Source: Cystobasidiomycetes sp. EMM_F5 (lineage: Eukaryota). Taken from it: a stretch of 64,000 bases of DNA. How positions within the stretch are numbered: position 1 is the stretch's first letter; each line of letters begins with the position of its first letter. Of this stretch, positions 44,234-58,684 are shown one piece after another. Where the stretch lies: NCBI GenBank assembly GCA_051047955.1, contig JBPGPT010000039.1, forward strand, positions 1 through 64,000, written 5' to 3'. Under the pieces are notes generated by a model, which was not told the DNA's origin, did no database searches, and worked only from the letters and a program-made list of their open reading frames with translations. The position numbers and the translations under genes were made by a program.

Positions 44234-47098
44234 ATGGTCTCTACATATCAAGGTCGAAGACGCTCGTCTGCCGGGTTGATTTTAGCTGCTCTCGGTGCAG
44301 CCACACTTGCGACTGCTCCCATAGCAAGCGCAGCTCCTACGACAGAACCCAGCTCAGGGGGTATATTTGGCGATTTCGGCTTTCAACGACGCAATTCGCA
44401 ACCAGATATCTATGAGCGTCAAGACGGTGGCTACCGCAGCAAGTACGCTCCAGAGGAGAAGCGGAGTTCATTGAGCAAACGTAGTCAGGAACGACTGCTT
44501 CGAGCTCGTGCAGCACCGTGCCTCGATGGCACTTACGATCAGAGCGATATAAACAATCTCTTCTCCACAGGAGGAGATAATACGATCGTCCAGCTCTGCC
44601 AGGGCATCACGATGAGAATTACGGGACCAGTCATTTTTACCAACTATGCCCAGGAGCTGTCGACGATCGGATACCCAACCGGATCCGCCCGAGGGAAGCT
44701 GGTCGTTACTGGTCAATAGTCAGTAGAAAGCACGCGCTTGATATCATGCATACTGACACTTACATATTGCAGCCAAGACGTCGCTATCTACAACAACTGC
44801 GATCGCTGCGTCTCCGCAAAGATCAGAAATATCGAAGTTGATGGCTCTAGGCCATCGCTTGGCGTTCTCGGTGGTGGTGCCGGCTTACTCGAAGTAGGAG
44901 GCAACGCTGCCGATCAGACGGTCGATAATTGCTATATTCACGATCCGCGAGGCTGGACCGCACTACATGTAATCGGTGAGTATATAACATTTGCCAAGCC
45001 TGACATAAACGTCCAGCTGAATGAGGGGAATGAATGCAGAGGGCTATCAAGACAGCTGTCAGGGAGCTGTTCTGACCAATAATCAGGTCGGTCCGTCTGG
45101 GACAGCGCCCAACACGGCCGCTCAGTTCAAGCGAGATTTGCAAGAATACAAGACGTTCAAGCAGACTCCGCCTCGCGTTATTGCCGAGCGAGACTATCAA
45201 GCACCAGGACAGTGGTGAGTGTCCCAAATGACGGACGTAGAATACCGCACAGCTTACAGTCTGCTTGGCTACAGGGCGGATGGCCTGTCGATTGCTTGCA
45301 GAGGCTCCACTGTTACTGGCAATGTTATCACTGGCGCCACAGAGTGAGCGCTCCCTTGCGGCTATTTTCTGCATATGTGCTGATGCTCAGCTCGACCAGT
45401 GGCGGCATCGTGCTGTTCGGGTCACCTGGTTCCACAATCACTGGTAATACGTAAATCGCAATCCAGCTCTCGTTCTACTGAGGTGGCGCTAATCACTCCG
45501 TACAGCGTCGTTGCAAAGGGAAATACGCTTCTGGGTGGAATCAATCTCGTAGACCACGGTCCATTTGGTGGAGACTATACCGGAGTCGTCATTTCAGGCA
45601 ACACTATCCGGACGGAGGACGCAATGATCAAGATTGGCGTTGCTGTCGGGTTGATGGTGTGGGGTACTTATAACGACACTTCATTCCGGACATTTGGGGC
45701 ATCTATCACGGGCAATAACTTCGTCAGCAACGGTGGTACAGGCTACTTTACCTACGGCATGTCAGTACGGAGGATTACGAATTATAAGCTGTTCACTGAC
45801 TCGCATGTAGTGCAAATGCCGGACACGATAACGCCGTCATAACGGGCAACAACTTCGCAGGAGCGCTATTTGGAGGCACAACCTCAAATCCGTGCATACA
45901 AGGCGACACCCCTACACCACAGGCTGCGTACGTTATTCTGGGCTCTGGGCAGAGCGTCAAACTAATGAACATTTGCTGCAGCGTCTGGGATCCGTACTCA
46001 ACAACAGGATCTGTGCTGCAGGCAGACTATTTCAACGCCGCGGACATTGCCTTCCTGATAGTGAGTATTCTGGCACAACTGTGTCTTGCTCGGTCTGACG
46101 TCGTCGTCCAGTGCATGATGCCTTGTCAATACGACTCTACGTGTGCTTCTACAATGCGTCTGAGTGGTCCTCGATTGGCCACAAGCGGGCAAATCACAAG
46201 CACGAGCAGCACAAGCTCGTCAAGCAGCTCGTCCAGCATTCAGACCACGACCACCTCGTCGAGTAGCACAGCGACATCGTCGGTCCTTCCCACAACGTCG
46301 ACGAAGCCGTCATCCAGCTCCACTTCGACAAGCAAAAGCACATCGTCCGCAAGTGAGTATAAGATCCTACTTGCATGAAGGTCACAGTGGCTGAACTCGC
46401 GCTTTGTGACAGAAGCCGTATTTACGCCCAAGGCCCCCGCTACTACATCTACAAGCTCCTCACATTCAACATCAACTAGCACTACCCCCAAGCCGTCGTC
46501 GACATCCACGAGTTCCTCTTCTTCGACAAGTACGTCTTCTTCGACCAGTACGTCTGCAATTGCCATGCTGCAGCAGACTAGTCTAAGGATGTTTACTCCT
46601 ATAGCCAAGCCCTCTACGTCTACTACATCCTCCACATCGACCAAATCGTCATCATCATCTTCGTCATCTTCATCGTCCTCGAGTAGCAGCTCCTCTTCTG
46701 TCTCTCTCAATACTGCTCTTTCTACAGTCATCACAACAACCGCAACAACCTCAGTCGATGGTAAATTGACTACTCAGACAATCACCACAACGATACCCCG
46801 TCCAACTACCACCAGCACAACTTCCGGTAGCTCAACGACTCAAAAGCCAATGTTCACCCCAAAGAAACCTCCGCGCTCGGTCTATCAGCCAACAGCTGCT
46901 TCGCAACCAAACGCGAAAAAGAGAGCCATTGACCAAGTTCGAGACCTGGAACATCAGCTGGAGGTGCTGCGAGACTACATCCTACCGGGCGCTGTGAGAA
47001 CTCCTCGAGCCAAGAAGAGTGGCCTGGACGATACCTGGCAAGAGCGCGGCTATGATAAGCGGATGGTCTTGGCCGACGCTGATTACTGGATAGACTGA
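44234..47098 (+). CDS. Secreted right-handed beta-helix (pectin lyase-like fold) protein with Ser/Thr-rich stalk
   Basis: Signal peptide, propeptide with dibasic sites, PbH1-like repeats (IRNIEVDGSR, DPRGWTALH, ADGLSIAC, GGIVLFGSPGSTITGNT, VISGNTI), long S/T region. About 10 introns. Confidence 0.75.
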
Positions 47099-47318
47099 TA
47101 GGAGATCGTGACGAGCATGCCTGTAATATGTAGCCGGAGGGATCGGGTGATGCAGGCATCACGCATCGGAAGAACACCTTGCCTGATGATCGATAGTAGT
47201 ACAAGTCTTACAGCTGTAGATAATCCATCTACTGCAGGAAAAAATCTGACAAGCGTGTACGACAATCATCACCACTACTAATTAGAGTAACGCACAGACT
47301 TATTCATACATTGCCTCT

Positions 47319-50300
47319 TCATGGAATGTCCAACAGAGGTTTCATGTTCTTGATCAATACCCAATCTTCTTTCGGCACCTCAGCCCTGAAAACATTCTTG
47401 AGTGTATCGATGCTTTCGCGGGTCAACATCGAGATCAATTCGTCCTTTTCGTCAAAATGCCGACCGAAAAGTTTTGCGCTTTCGTACACGGCGTGCTCGA
47501 TCTTGACGGCTACACCAGCACCAACTTGGCTCTTCTTCACTACGTCTTGAGTCTTGTGGTTGATTTCCAAGGATGTGCTGCATGCAACGTCAGCATCATT
47601 CGTTAAGAGCTCTCGAACTTTGGGCATTGCACGTACACTTTGCCCAATCGAATGATCTCCTTCTTCTTCGTTTCATTGCCATCTTTGTCCTTGTCTACAT
47701 GGATTTTCACTACACATATCGGTGTCCCAACGCGTAACGATCCTTCGATAATCTGAGCGTGCGGTAGAGTTAGCAGTGGTTCAATCCGGGCCATGTATAG
47801 GCTCTAGAGACTCACATCGCAGCCAAGGATGATCGGATCGCGCTTTGCAAAGCATTTCAGGACTTTAAGCCTGCATGGCCAGACTGCATTGGGGGCCGAG
47901 TCTCTTCGCTTGGCTTCGAGAACTTCGGCATTGTGTTTTGTGAAAGCATCAAACAAGTGATAGATAATATCGGCTGTGTTATCATTGTGAGCAATGAAGA
48001 GCCCGACCGATTTCAGGAGGGCATGTGCTCACCTTTGAAGATTTTGATGTGTAGCTCTTCCGCCATCCGCTCTGCGTCCTTATCAACTGTCACATCGAAA
48101 GCGAGGAGCACAGCAAATTCGGGAGCCCTTTCCAGCATGACAGCACATCTTGTGATGTCCTTCTTGTGGACGGGACCAATATTGATACCAGCGACGGGAA
48201 TCTTCGAAACGCGTAAAAATTCGAGCAACGCTTCAAGAGATCCCAACGTCGAGGCTTGCACATATACGCCCCGTCCACTTTTGTCGACAGACTTCATGAT
48301 GGTCTGTAAGTCCTCCATCACTTCCTCCATCATATCTTCCTCATCGTCATCCGGGCCCACGACAAGAAGTCGCGACCCAGCAATAGCCTTCTCGAGGTCG
48401 GGCGCGGAGATCTTGATACCCATAGCCGCTTTAATCTCTTTGTGATGGACGTACTGACCCTGCACGCAAAACGGACTCAGATCGACTGTCTGACGAAGTC
48501 GAGCGTGGTTGACCTACTCGGACACGTAACTCCTTCATTGGCTGCGGCGTCAATAACGCTCGCACTGTTGTTAGTATTGGACCGTTGAGTCCGCACACCA
48601 CGATTCTGTCTCCTTCATGTAAGACACCATTGGAAAGCACTACGTCCAACGTCGTTCCCAGGCCCTCGATGACCTTTACTTCCAGTACAGTGCACTCGAG
48701 GTTTGAGATATACATCAATTGTGAGCTCATGCGTTCTTGTGTGAGCTTAATGAGCAGCATGAGCATATCTGGAACACCTTCACCAGTGTGCGCTGATGTC
48801 GGGACGAGGGAGATGTTCTTTGCGAAGTTGTCGTTTTCGTAATATGGTTTCGCGTTAAAACCCTGCTCATTGAAAGCCAATATCGTTTGCTGGAGTCGTT
48901 TATCAAATTCATTTTGCACGTTCTTGCCTTGCTTGGCAAGGGAGTCGCGGAATGAGTTGTCTGGTGTCTGTTGCCATCCGTAAAGACGATCAATCTGTAG
49001 AAATCCTGCAGTCAGCAAGCGGTATTCCGTCACGACAACTACACTGACTTTATTCAGAGCTACAATGAAGGGTGTCTTTCCAGCTCTCAACAGTCTCATA
49101 GACTCCAGCGTCTGCGGTTCCAAGCCATGCATAATATCAACGACGAGCACTGCGATGTTACAAAGAGAGCTTCCTCTTGTCCTCAAGTTGGTGAAAGACT
49201 CGTGTCCTGGTGTGTCGATGACGAGGAGACCGGGCAATTTGTATTCTTTGAGATTATGTTCTCCGAGTACTTTGGTCTTGGCTTGTATGGCCTCCATGGG
49301 GAAGTACGTGGCGCCAATTTGCTGAGTAATACCACCAGCTTCGCCTTCTTGCACGTTAGTCTGTCGAATCTTGTCCAATAGCTTGGTTTTACCAGTATCG
49401 ACGTGTCCGAGGATACAGCAGATTGGACTTCGCAGATTGTCCTTTGAGGCAGCAGCGATAGCATCCTGACGTTGTTGTTCGCGCCTCGCTGCTGCCTCTG
49501 CTTTCTTGGCGGCAGCAGCTCGCTTCGTTTTCGACATTTCGTCATCGCTGCTGTCCTCGTCTGACGAGTCATCATCACTATCATCATCACTGTCATCGTC
49601 TTCTTCCTCAGAGGACTCCTCCTCGGACGATTCACTCGTAGCTGGCTTCTTGGCTGTTTTGTTACTTGTTCCATTGACGGCCGGCGTTGCTGACTTAGGT
49701 GGCTGCTGTTGATCAGCCTTCCCTTGTACTGCTGCCTTTGCAGAAGTAGTTGGTTGCGCTGGAGTTACTTTAGGTGCAGCTGTGGATGCCTGCTGCACAG
49801 ACTGAGCAGGTGGCGCTTCGTCTGCACTGCTGGCATCCCAGTCGTCAAGCTCCTGGGTAGCTTTCTCTACCGGCTTGTCGTCAGCTTCATCCGGACTGTC
49901 GGCATCCCAATCATCCGCTGCTGGTGATGCTTTGCCATTAGCTGTAACATCGGTGTTCTCGTGCTCGACAGATCGAGTAGGGTCCGTAGCAATTGGCGGC
50001 TCTGCAGCACTCTCCGCAATAGCAGCTGGAGAAGAAGGTGTCGCGCCATTCACAGTTCGGGCTGGTCCCTTTTGAGGCTTCTTTTTGCCGTAAGAAACTT
50101 TTTTGGATTTACTTTCTTCCGTATCCTTATTCTCAAGGGCTTCTACCTTGATCTGACCCGAAGCTATCATTGCGTCACGACGAGCGCGAGCAATAGCTGC
50201 ATCTTGCTTCTGCTTTGGTGTAAGGTACTTTCCTTCGCGCTTCAGTTGCTCTGTCTTGGCCTTCTCCTTCTCCTTCTTGCGCTGCTTTTCTTCCTCCTTC

Positions 50301-51567
50301 TTGCGCTCAATCTCGGCAGCTCGCGCTTCTTCCTCCTCTATCCGCCTCCTCTCTTCCTCCTCTTTTCGGCGTGCTTCTTCCTCTGCAGCCTTCTGCTTCT
50401 CCATCGCCGCACGCAATGCTGCAATATGCGCTGGTACCTTTTTACCAGCTGCAGGAGCTTTGGCTGCAGCGGCAGCGGCCTCCTCTTTCTCGGCAGCTCC
50501 ACCCTTCTTCTTCTTCTTTTTGTTTTTCGAAGCGGAACTTCCGCCTGCAGCTTCTGCATCTTCCCCATCTTCGCCACCAGCAGCAGCGGCACTGTCTGCT
50601 TGAGCGGTCGCCGTTTCCGCATCTGCCGGAGCCGCCTCATTATCTGCTGCATCATCCGCTTTAGAACTACCGGTAGTCGCCTTCTTTGCTGCCGCCTGGG
50701 CTTTCTTTTTGGCCTGTTGTATTTACAGGTTGATCAGCATCAGAGATGCGACCAATCTGTCCCATGGCCTACCTTGTCCTTTTCTTTCTTTAGTCGCTCC
50801 TTCTCCTTCTTCGAAAGGACCTTGGTTCCGCCAGCATCGTCACCGTCGTCATCGTCACCAGCATCACCGTTAGTCGTTGCTGCCACAGGCGTGGTTGCGG
50901 TTGTAGTAGTATCCTTCTTTTCATCCTTCGCCTTCGGCTCGCCATCCACAGTCAAGTCTTTCGCCTTGTCCGCTAGGAGATCATCGTCGTTGTCAAATGG
51001 GTCTGGCTGCTGAGCTTTGCCCTTCTTGCCCTTTTTGCCCTTGCCCTTCTTTGCCGTGGGTTCCCCAAACTCTTCGTCCATCAGTTGTTCGGCAGTCATT
51101 GCAATTGGCGCTTTGCTAGCGAGATCAACAGCGGGCTCAGCTGCGGCGGTCTCTGCTCCATTTTCGTCCGCGTCTTCGTCGTCCAACGCAGTCGTCTTCT
51201 TCTTCTTCTTGTCCTTCTTGTCCTTTTTCCGCTTCTCGCTAGCTTTCGCAGCAGCCATCAGCCCTCCGCCTTCATCGTCCTCATCGTCGTCGTCGTCGTT
51301 GTTGTTAGCTGCGCCCAGAGCTGCAAAGCTGAACCGAGATGCGCTGCTTGGCGCCGGGACATCGTCTTCATCTTCGTCGTCTGGAACAGGGTTGGCCTTC
51401 CCAGGCGGCTTGATAGCTGGCTCCCCGTCAGACCTAGTCATGCCACAAATTCCCCAAAGTGATCCAATTTCCAGTCAATTGAAATGGCCATTACACCTCG
51501 CCATGGCGTAGCAGCCTTACCAGTCTCCCGCTTGCTGCACCTTCTTACCCTTCTTGCCTTTCGCCAT
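47319..51567 (-). CDS. FUN12: Eukaryotic translation initiation factor 5B
   Basis: Charged K/E/D-rich N-terminus, [53 protein letters not shown]-terminal SIDTLK..FR. Confidence 0.96.
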
Positions 51568-51829
51568 GTTTGCAGAATTTAGGATTGTTGCAAAGGCAAG
51601 CCTAGTCGACGGTCAGACATTCGCAGTCACACGCTCAAGCATGGCAAAAAGACATCTAAGACACTCCGCAGGTATTGCATGACTCTACCAAGTTCCATTA
51701 CGGAAAACGACAACAGTAGCCTCTATTGTGACTTAACAGCCGACGTCTGCAAACAAAAACTAAAACTGATAGTCAACATCAACATCCTACACATACGTAC
51801 TTCCTGATGACGCCTGATCATACACATGA

Positions 51830-54800
51830 TTAGATCTGGCCGTTAGAAACGTCGGCGGTCTTGGCCGGAACGCTCGGCGCATCATTCTCGTCCTGGTAGT
51901 CGATATCCTGCATCTGATGCATCAGTCGATTGAGATCAGAGTCGGCACTCAGACGAAACGATGTGTCGGCCCTGTTAGGACGTGTCGATATACCATTCGG
52001 ACCCAGAGAGGCAGGATAGTCAGGCTGAACGGATGCAGGCGTGACGGGTGCCGACGATGGCAGATACTGCACGCCGTTGAGACGTGAATCACTATTGTAA
52101 CTATGGAAGAAGGGTTTGGGCGGGATCGCGTTGGCTGCCGGCGAATATGGCAGCCCATCTTCACCAATACGATACGGCAGTGTCACCGACAAATCGAATG
52201 ACGGTGCTCCTCGGACCTGATTACGGAGTGCATTCAAAGGCGGGAAGCCTTCTGTTTGATGCTGCGTTACAGCCGGCGGGGCACTCAGAGGTGGAGCGCT
52301 GCCATTCTTTGGCGGATATGACGGCATCCATGAAGGGAGTCGGCTAGGAATAGTAGCTGAGATATCGAGCGACGAAGACCGCGACATGTAGGACTGGCGG
52401 TCATCGAATGGTGGTATACCGGCAGATAAGCTGCGCATCGGTGGCGTAGGCAACGAAGTGTGTGTCGGTGGACTTGGTACATCACCATCCTTGAACATGC
52501 TCGTACCACCAGGCGTAGTTGGCAGTCCAAAGGGCATCTGTTGTGATCCCATGTTGGGGGTAGCGGCCATGTTGGGCGACAAGGAATCTGACCGCGGCGA
52601 TGGTCTAATCGCCGACTTCATGCTCGCTAGAGATGATTTTCGAGGTAGACGCAATGTAGAGACGGTCTCGCCATTGTTGGTGACAGTCGGCGGACTCATG
52701 GGAGACATGGGAAGGGTGGTCTGCTCGGCTGTATCTGCAACGGCACTCATCAGTTAAATTGCGTTGCAAATTATGGGAACAATGACGCCTACGTTGCGTT
52801 GCATCAAGCTCAGCTGATGGATTAGCTTGCCAAAACTTCAATTTTTGCAAACCCTGCAAGCCGTTCTGAAGGTTGTTTTGCAAGCTACTCGCTGATGACT
52901 TGTCCGAAACTTGCCCTTTCGGAGGAAGTCCGCCAGGAAGATCCGACTTCTCATCCTTGAGGTCCTTGCTGCCTTTACTACCTGGCCATGCTTTCAGCTT
53001 CAACGCCCCGAACTTGCTAGGAGCCGAAGTGGCGGATTTAGGCGATCTGGCACCTTCACGCTGATCGTTGCGTCGAGCAGGGTATCCCGGCGGACCTGTC
53101 ACTGGAGCAGATAGAGGACTGTCTTTATGTGGCACGCCACGATCAACTCGAACTTCGTGGAGATTGCTGTCATTTCCACTTGGACCCGATCGACTCGAGC
53201 CAAAGGGAGAACTGGCTCTGGCTGGGGACGCACTGGCAGAGAAAGGCAATTGGTCTTGTCGACCAAGGGATTGCAGAAGGTGATTAGTGGAAGCCGTAAT
53301 GTCGGGTCGGTTGATTGTTAACTGTCTGCTAGCAGAGCCAGACGCTGGCGCTTTGTAGGATACACTTCCGTCTCTACTGCCGACTTGCGGTGTTGCCGGA
53401 GCATTATATTCTGTCGGGGATCGATGGTCGTAACCTGCAACAGTCGCTACGGGTCTGTCGGTACCATCAGTACCCACGTGCATACTGGAAAAGCTCTGAA
53501 GGCGCATCTGCTAATAAAAGTGTCAGACTGGCGCTCTCTGCACCTGGACTTCAAGCTCACATCGTTGGTGGACTTGAGAGACCGTGGAGACAACTCCCTT
53601 AATGCCCTTTCGATTTCGTCAAGGTTGTTCATCATCTCTATACTCGAAGATCGGCTGCGCGCTAGCATTTCCTGGCGCAGAAAACCAGCCGTAACACTGA
53701 CATCGGGCTTTAGAGACTCCTGCGACGGGAAAACGAAGTTGGTCACACCCTTAGCCGGTGAATTTGATGGGACAGGACTATTTGCGCTTGCAGACGCTTC
53801 CGCAAAGCCGTCAGGATCCGACTGCTCATTTCTCGCTTGTGACCGTTCAGATATTGACTCGCTAGTAGCGGGTCCCTCTACATGATGTCCAAGTGATCGC
53901 TCAAGCATGGACGATTTATCAGCATACTGTAGGTCCAGTGATCTCGAGTCGGACGTCGTGGAAATGGTCGACAGAGTTTGGCTAAATTCCGATTTCGGCA
54001 TCGGTAAAGACCGAGGTGGATCATGCTGAGTCTGGCTTGCTCCAAGTACACTACTCGTGTCGGAAGCAGCTGAAGATTCGGAAAGACGACGATGTCGCAA
54101 GTCGGCGACTGGCGAAGTTCGACGCTCCTCCTCTTGCTGCAGCGTTTTCATAAAAGTCTGCTGTTGTGCAGGAGGAGACATACGACCATCATTGAGAATA
54201 ATAGGAGACGACAAGCCAAAAGATTCATTAGGTTTATGCGCCTTCAGCAATTCCACAATCTCTTGTACCTCGTTTGTCGGTGATGGTGGCTGATCCAGGT
54301 CTGTTTCATACTCGAAGGGATCCAAAGATGAGGACGCGGATGCTGGCAGACCCGTGATGGCACTAAGCCTTGCCATGCCGGCCGAAGCGGACAGACGATC
54401 GCCGTGACTGGAAGGTTCGGAAGGCGGTTCGACGGAATCCACCCTATCGTGCTCATCTGATGACCGTAAGTCCGCCCATGTAACAGCATCTGGTGGGAAG
54501 ACATCATGCAATGGGTCTGCATGATAGTGCAAGGTGTGCGATAGGCTAAGACTCTCATCATTGTCTGAGTCAGTCAAGCCTTCGTCGGCATGTTCACCAT
54601 GCTGGACCGGCATCGGGGCAATTCTTTCGTTGCCATCAATAAAGTGCGCGCTCGTGTCGTCCCTGTCATCCGCGCTATTATCGTCGTCATCAAAAGGCTG
54701 ATAGTCTGCATTAGATTGGCCTTCGTGGACGCTGCCGGCACCACTAGACACTGATGCTGACGCTCTTCGCCGTAAAGGCGAAATTTGTGCAGAATGAGAG

Positions 54801-57004
54801 CGGCCAGAATGACTTCTAGCCAAAGGCGAGACCGTAGATGGGGCAGGTTGACTATTTCTACTATGTTGCAATTCAAATTCGCGAGCCAGAGAAGCGACAG
54901 ACGAGCTTCTCGAAATATGCTCCGAAGCAATGCTGGTTGTGGGTGACGCCGCGTTCTTGCTGTGCTCAAACTCCTTGACTCGAGAGGCGACGGAAGATGT
55001 AGTCGACAGTGACCGACGTAACGCAGCTCGGTTGTTTGGCTTTTGCGAAGTGCTATCGGGAGCCGTAGCTGACTGTCGGGCCTCGCTAGACGCATGTATG
55101 TCTTCAGAAGGCAGAGACTCGCGCTTCGGTGATGTGGAAGGCCCCTCGAAAGCCGTAACGTCTCTGGCACGAGGGGTCTCGCGCACGAATCCAGTCGCGA
55201 CGGAGGATGCTTCACTAGCGCGACTGTCTGAGCGAGTATAATCACTTTCATAAGCGGATGCACGCTGTTCTGGCTGTCCCTCTACGTCTGACTCTCCATC
55301 TGTCTCACGCGAAGGAGGGACATCCGCAGCTGTCAAATGCAGTCGATGTGCTGACGAGACATTACTCTGGGTGCTCCCCGTCCGCTCCAGGTACGTCTCC
55401 GCTGCCAGTGAATTTGGTAAACTTGTGCTCGTCGAGGCAACAGGTTCAGACGTCAAATTTGCCATTGCAACTGCTACACTCGTCTCTGCTTCGGAATGAA
55501 GCGAGGGAATTGCGGCTGCAGTAGCCTTCTCTGCTCGACTCGAACCAGGCAACGGTTGTGCAGCATAAGTGCTCTGACCTTGACTCCTGAGCGGCTTGAG
55601 ACTCCTCACCGGCGATACTGTAGGGGATATATTTGAAGAGCGAGAGTGAGCAGACTCTAGCCACGCATCATACCATTTCGCGCCTTTTCTGCGATCAATA
55701 TCAAATTCCACCTTGCCCACCACTACAGCTTCGCCATAGACGGGCTGATAGCTCTCAACGCTACTGCTTCCAGCAGCACTCGGGGTGTATGTCCTGCGAG
55801 TCCGGCGACCTGCTGCACTGGTGGTCGAATAGCTAGACGTATTCTGCTGATGGAAAGTGGAAGGCGATGCTGCTACGGACGGCTTGGCGGAATGAGAGTA
55901 TCCAGATCGATTTGAGGGATGATGGTGACGACTAGAGCGAGTTTTGTGGGATTGTTGGGGTTCGATTGGAGATTTGGGCGTATGGGGATCAATCGGCTGA
56001 TAGTCTGGGTGATTTATGGGTATGCTGGGATGGTCCATTGGCGATTCTCTGTCGTAGGGTGATACAGAGGATACTTCTGCCAGGGATGACACATCAGAGT
56101 GTTGTTCGCTGGGTGATTGCGCTCGTCTACTCTTGGGCAGTATCGGCGAAGCATGTTGACTCGCATGCTGCCTGTGGGGCACATGAGGATGAGTGCGAGG
56201 TGAGGTGTAGGTCGTGCGAGTTTGCCCTTCTGAGCGTGCCTGCGTCGACATGCCAATCGCTTCTTCAGTACTGTTCTCTTCGTCCTCGCTGAGTGCAGTG
56301 TGGGAGGAAACGGAGAGGTCATCTCTGGCCGTGTGACTTGGATGCTCAAACAGCTGTGCCCAGAGGAGTCGCCATGCTTCATCGCCTATTCGAGGTCCTC
56401 CGAGGAGGGTATCGCTGAGACTGCCGGACAGAGTCGGTTGAGGATTGAGCTCGACGAGGTAGAGGACGATACCTCCGACGCTGGGCAGACCATACTCGCG
56501 CGCTATAGCAGACGTCTGTCCGGCGAGTGTCGGATACAATGGAATCAGGGTTCCGCGTCTACGACGTCGACGACACACCTAGCCATTCAGCGTAGTTTTC
56601 TCTGCGCATATTGAACCATCCACCCACCTAAACTTGCTCGGAGGACCATACCCGCTACACGCTGTGGATACCCTGGGCGGATCTTCAGGCAGCGAGTCTG
56701 GGGGGAGGACTGTGACGAGGAACCTCGACGGCGGTTGCAGCCTGTGTGCTGAGCCGTGGACACTGCCAGATTGGACCATCGGTAGCCCGTTATTGGATAT
56801 GCTCTGCGCTCGCCGTTTTCTGATGCGGACCCCTCCGCTCGACGACGCTGGAGCCGATATCGACGTGTCTGTCATGGTGGAGGACTCGTTCTCAGCTGAT
56901 GACCATGGCTGGGTGGTGCTGAACGAGGTGCTGCCATGGGAGAGCAGAGAGCAGTCCTGACACGAGTCGGAGTGAGATGCAAAGTCGAGCATGGGTTGGC
57001 TCAT
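51830..57004 (-). CDS. Large (>1600 aa) mostly disordered Ser/Pro-rich hypothetical protein with structured N-terminal blocks
   Basis: Four long consecutive same-strand ORFs (56579-57004, 53447-56578, 52605-53507, 51830-52750) can be joined by short introns. Ordered blocks RGTLIPLYPTL..Q..AIAREYGLPSVGG, GPRI.DEAW..LW and VVGKVEFDID.RK..WY. Confidence 0.75.
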
Positions 57005-57695
57005 GACCGACTGGACGCAGTCAACGGCGAGGAGTGCTGATGGTCATGCATGCACACCCTCGCAGAGCATCATCATTCAGGACTGCGCTGGTAGTTACTA
57101 GCACATCCGCGCATTAATGACCATCTTCATCTTTCGAATCAATCAACAACACCCCGTCTCGAAATGGCACAACCTTGGACGACTCTGCCAGCAGCGTCAT
57201 GCAAACCTTACACCCCGCGTCGCTCTGCATCCAGTGGACGACTGAGTTATATGCATGCCTCTGCAAAAGTGCGGCTGGAATGTGTCTGAACCTTCGGGGT
57301 GTTTGCAATTTGGATTGCGCTTCTGTCGCTCTGCATCCTTGACATGCGTTTAATGCTTGTTTATGCAGGACATTCCTCCACTTTACGATTTGAGAGTGCC
57401 TCGAAGTTGCAGCTTGGAGTCCCATTCTGAGAGGTGAAGCTGTTCACAAGGCCGCAGCGGAGTTTTGTAGAATGCAGGGTAACCTTGTCATTGCGCATTC
57501 TGCGGACTTTCTGCATGCTGTAACTTTATGCATATCGTGCCAAGTAGCTTTGAAGCTTGCCTACATTTTCTTCCTCCCATCAACAAACGCGTTTCAGGCA
57601 CACGGCACCCGATGTGACAGCTGAATGAAATGGCAGACCACGCCAGAAAGAATACCATGTCCGTACAGGCTTACTGAGGAAAACAGTGACAGTCA

Positions 57696-58684
57696 TCACG
57701 CCGCCATCAAACAAGCAGAACTAATAGCCGCCAGGAGTAGCCATATTGGAATGCCGGAAACGCCATGCTGTGCGCCACTGTCTGCAGCTGAACCTCCGTT
57801 CGAAGTGTCTGATGTATCATTGCCAGCAACCAGGAGATTACCAGTGACGACCGTATATCCTGCGCGATACAACTTCATCAGCTACAAATACCAAGCATGT
57901 CGGAAATACATTTACCAGTCTCGAGGCCCGTGTAAGTCGTCGTCATGTTTGTATTGTCGGACGTCACTATCTGCACCACAGGTACAGTGCTTATTGGCCG
58001 TGAAGCAACATCGTTCGCCTTGTCATTCGGACGTGGCGTTGGCTGACCACTCGACAATGACGAGCCCGTCGAAGTAGCATTTATACTTTGATTGCTGAGT
58101 GTATCGGAAGACGACGTCGAGCTGATGGTATTGGTACTTGTGCTCGAGCTGGAGTCGGACGATGATGACGATGACGAAGTTGATGAAGTTGTAATAGTCT
58201 GCGATGTCGACAAGGTTGATGTAGTGCTGCTTGATTTTGTAGACGCTGAACTACTACTGCGCGAGCTTGGAGTAGGAGGCGCACTGGTAGTCGACGCAAG
58301 CTGTATTTTGGATAACGACTCGCTGACTTGCTTGGAGGATTGCTGACGTATAGCCTGTGGTCAGGCAAATCCTAATATCGCCAAAGATAAGCTCTTACCG
58401 CTTTGGTGGCTACAGCTCCAGCTGCATCTGGAGCAGCTATCGAAACAGCATCGGGAGACGATCCGGACCCTCTGCTGCCCAGTGACCTTGCAGCAACAGC
58501 CGTATTGGATCGTACTGCGGGCCTGATGATCCCAACATGCGTCAGGACCACACAGCATACTGCCCCATAGACACCTGGCTCACCTAGATTGCGTGTGAAC
58601 CAGCACGTTCGCGGAGACCAATAATATAGTCAAGATAATGCGCAGGAGCACCACTGATAACCGCGTTTGTGATGCACGAGCCAT
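57696..58684 (-). CDS. Ser/Thr-rich secreted, probably GPI-anchored cell-wall protein
   Basis: Signal MARASQTRLSVVLLRIILTILLVSA, S/T-rich middle (57878-58330), hydrophobic C-terminus GIPIWLLLAAISSACLMAA. 3 introns. Confidence 0.7.

Noticed and set aside
49961..51511. Long plus-strand ORFs (350 aa, 164 aa and others)
   Set aside because: Antisense shadows of the low-complexity K/E/D-rich eIF5B N-terminus.
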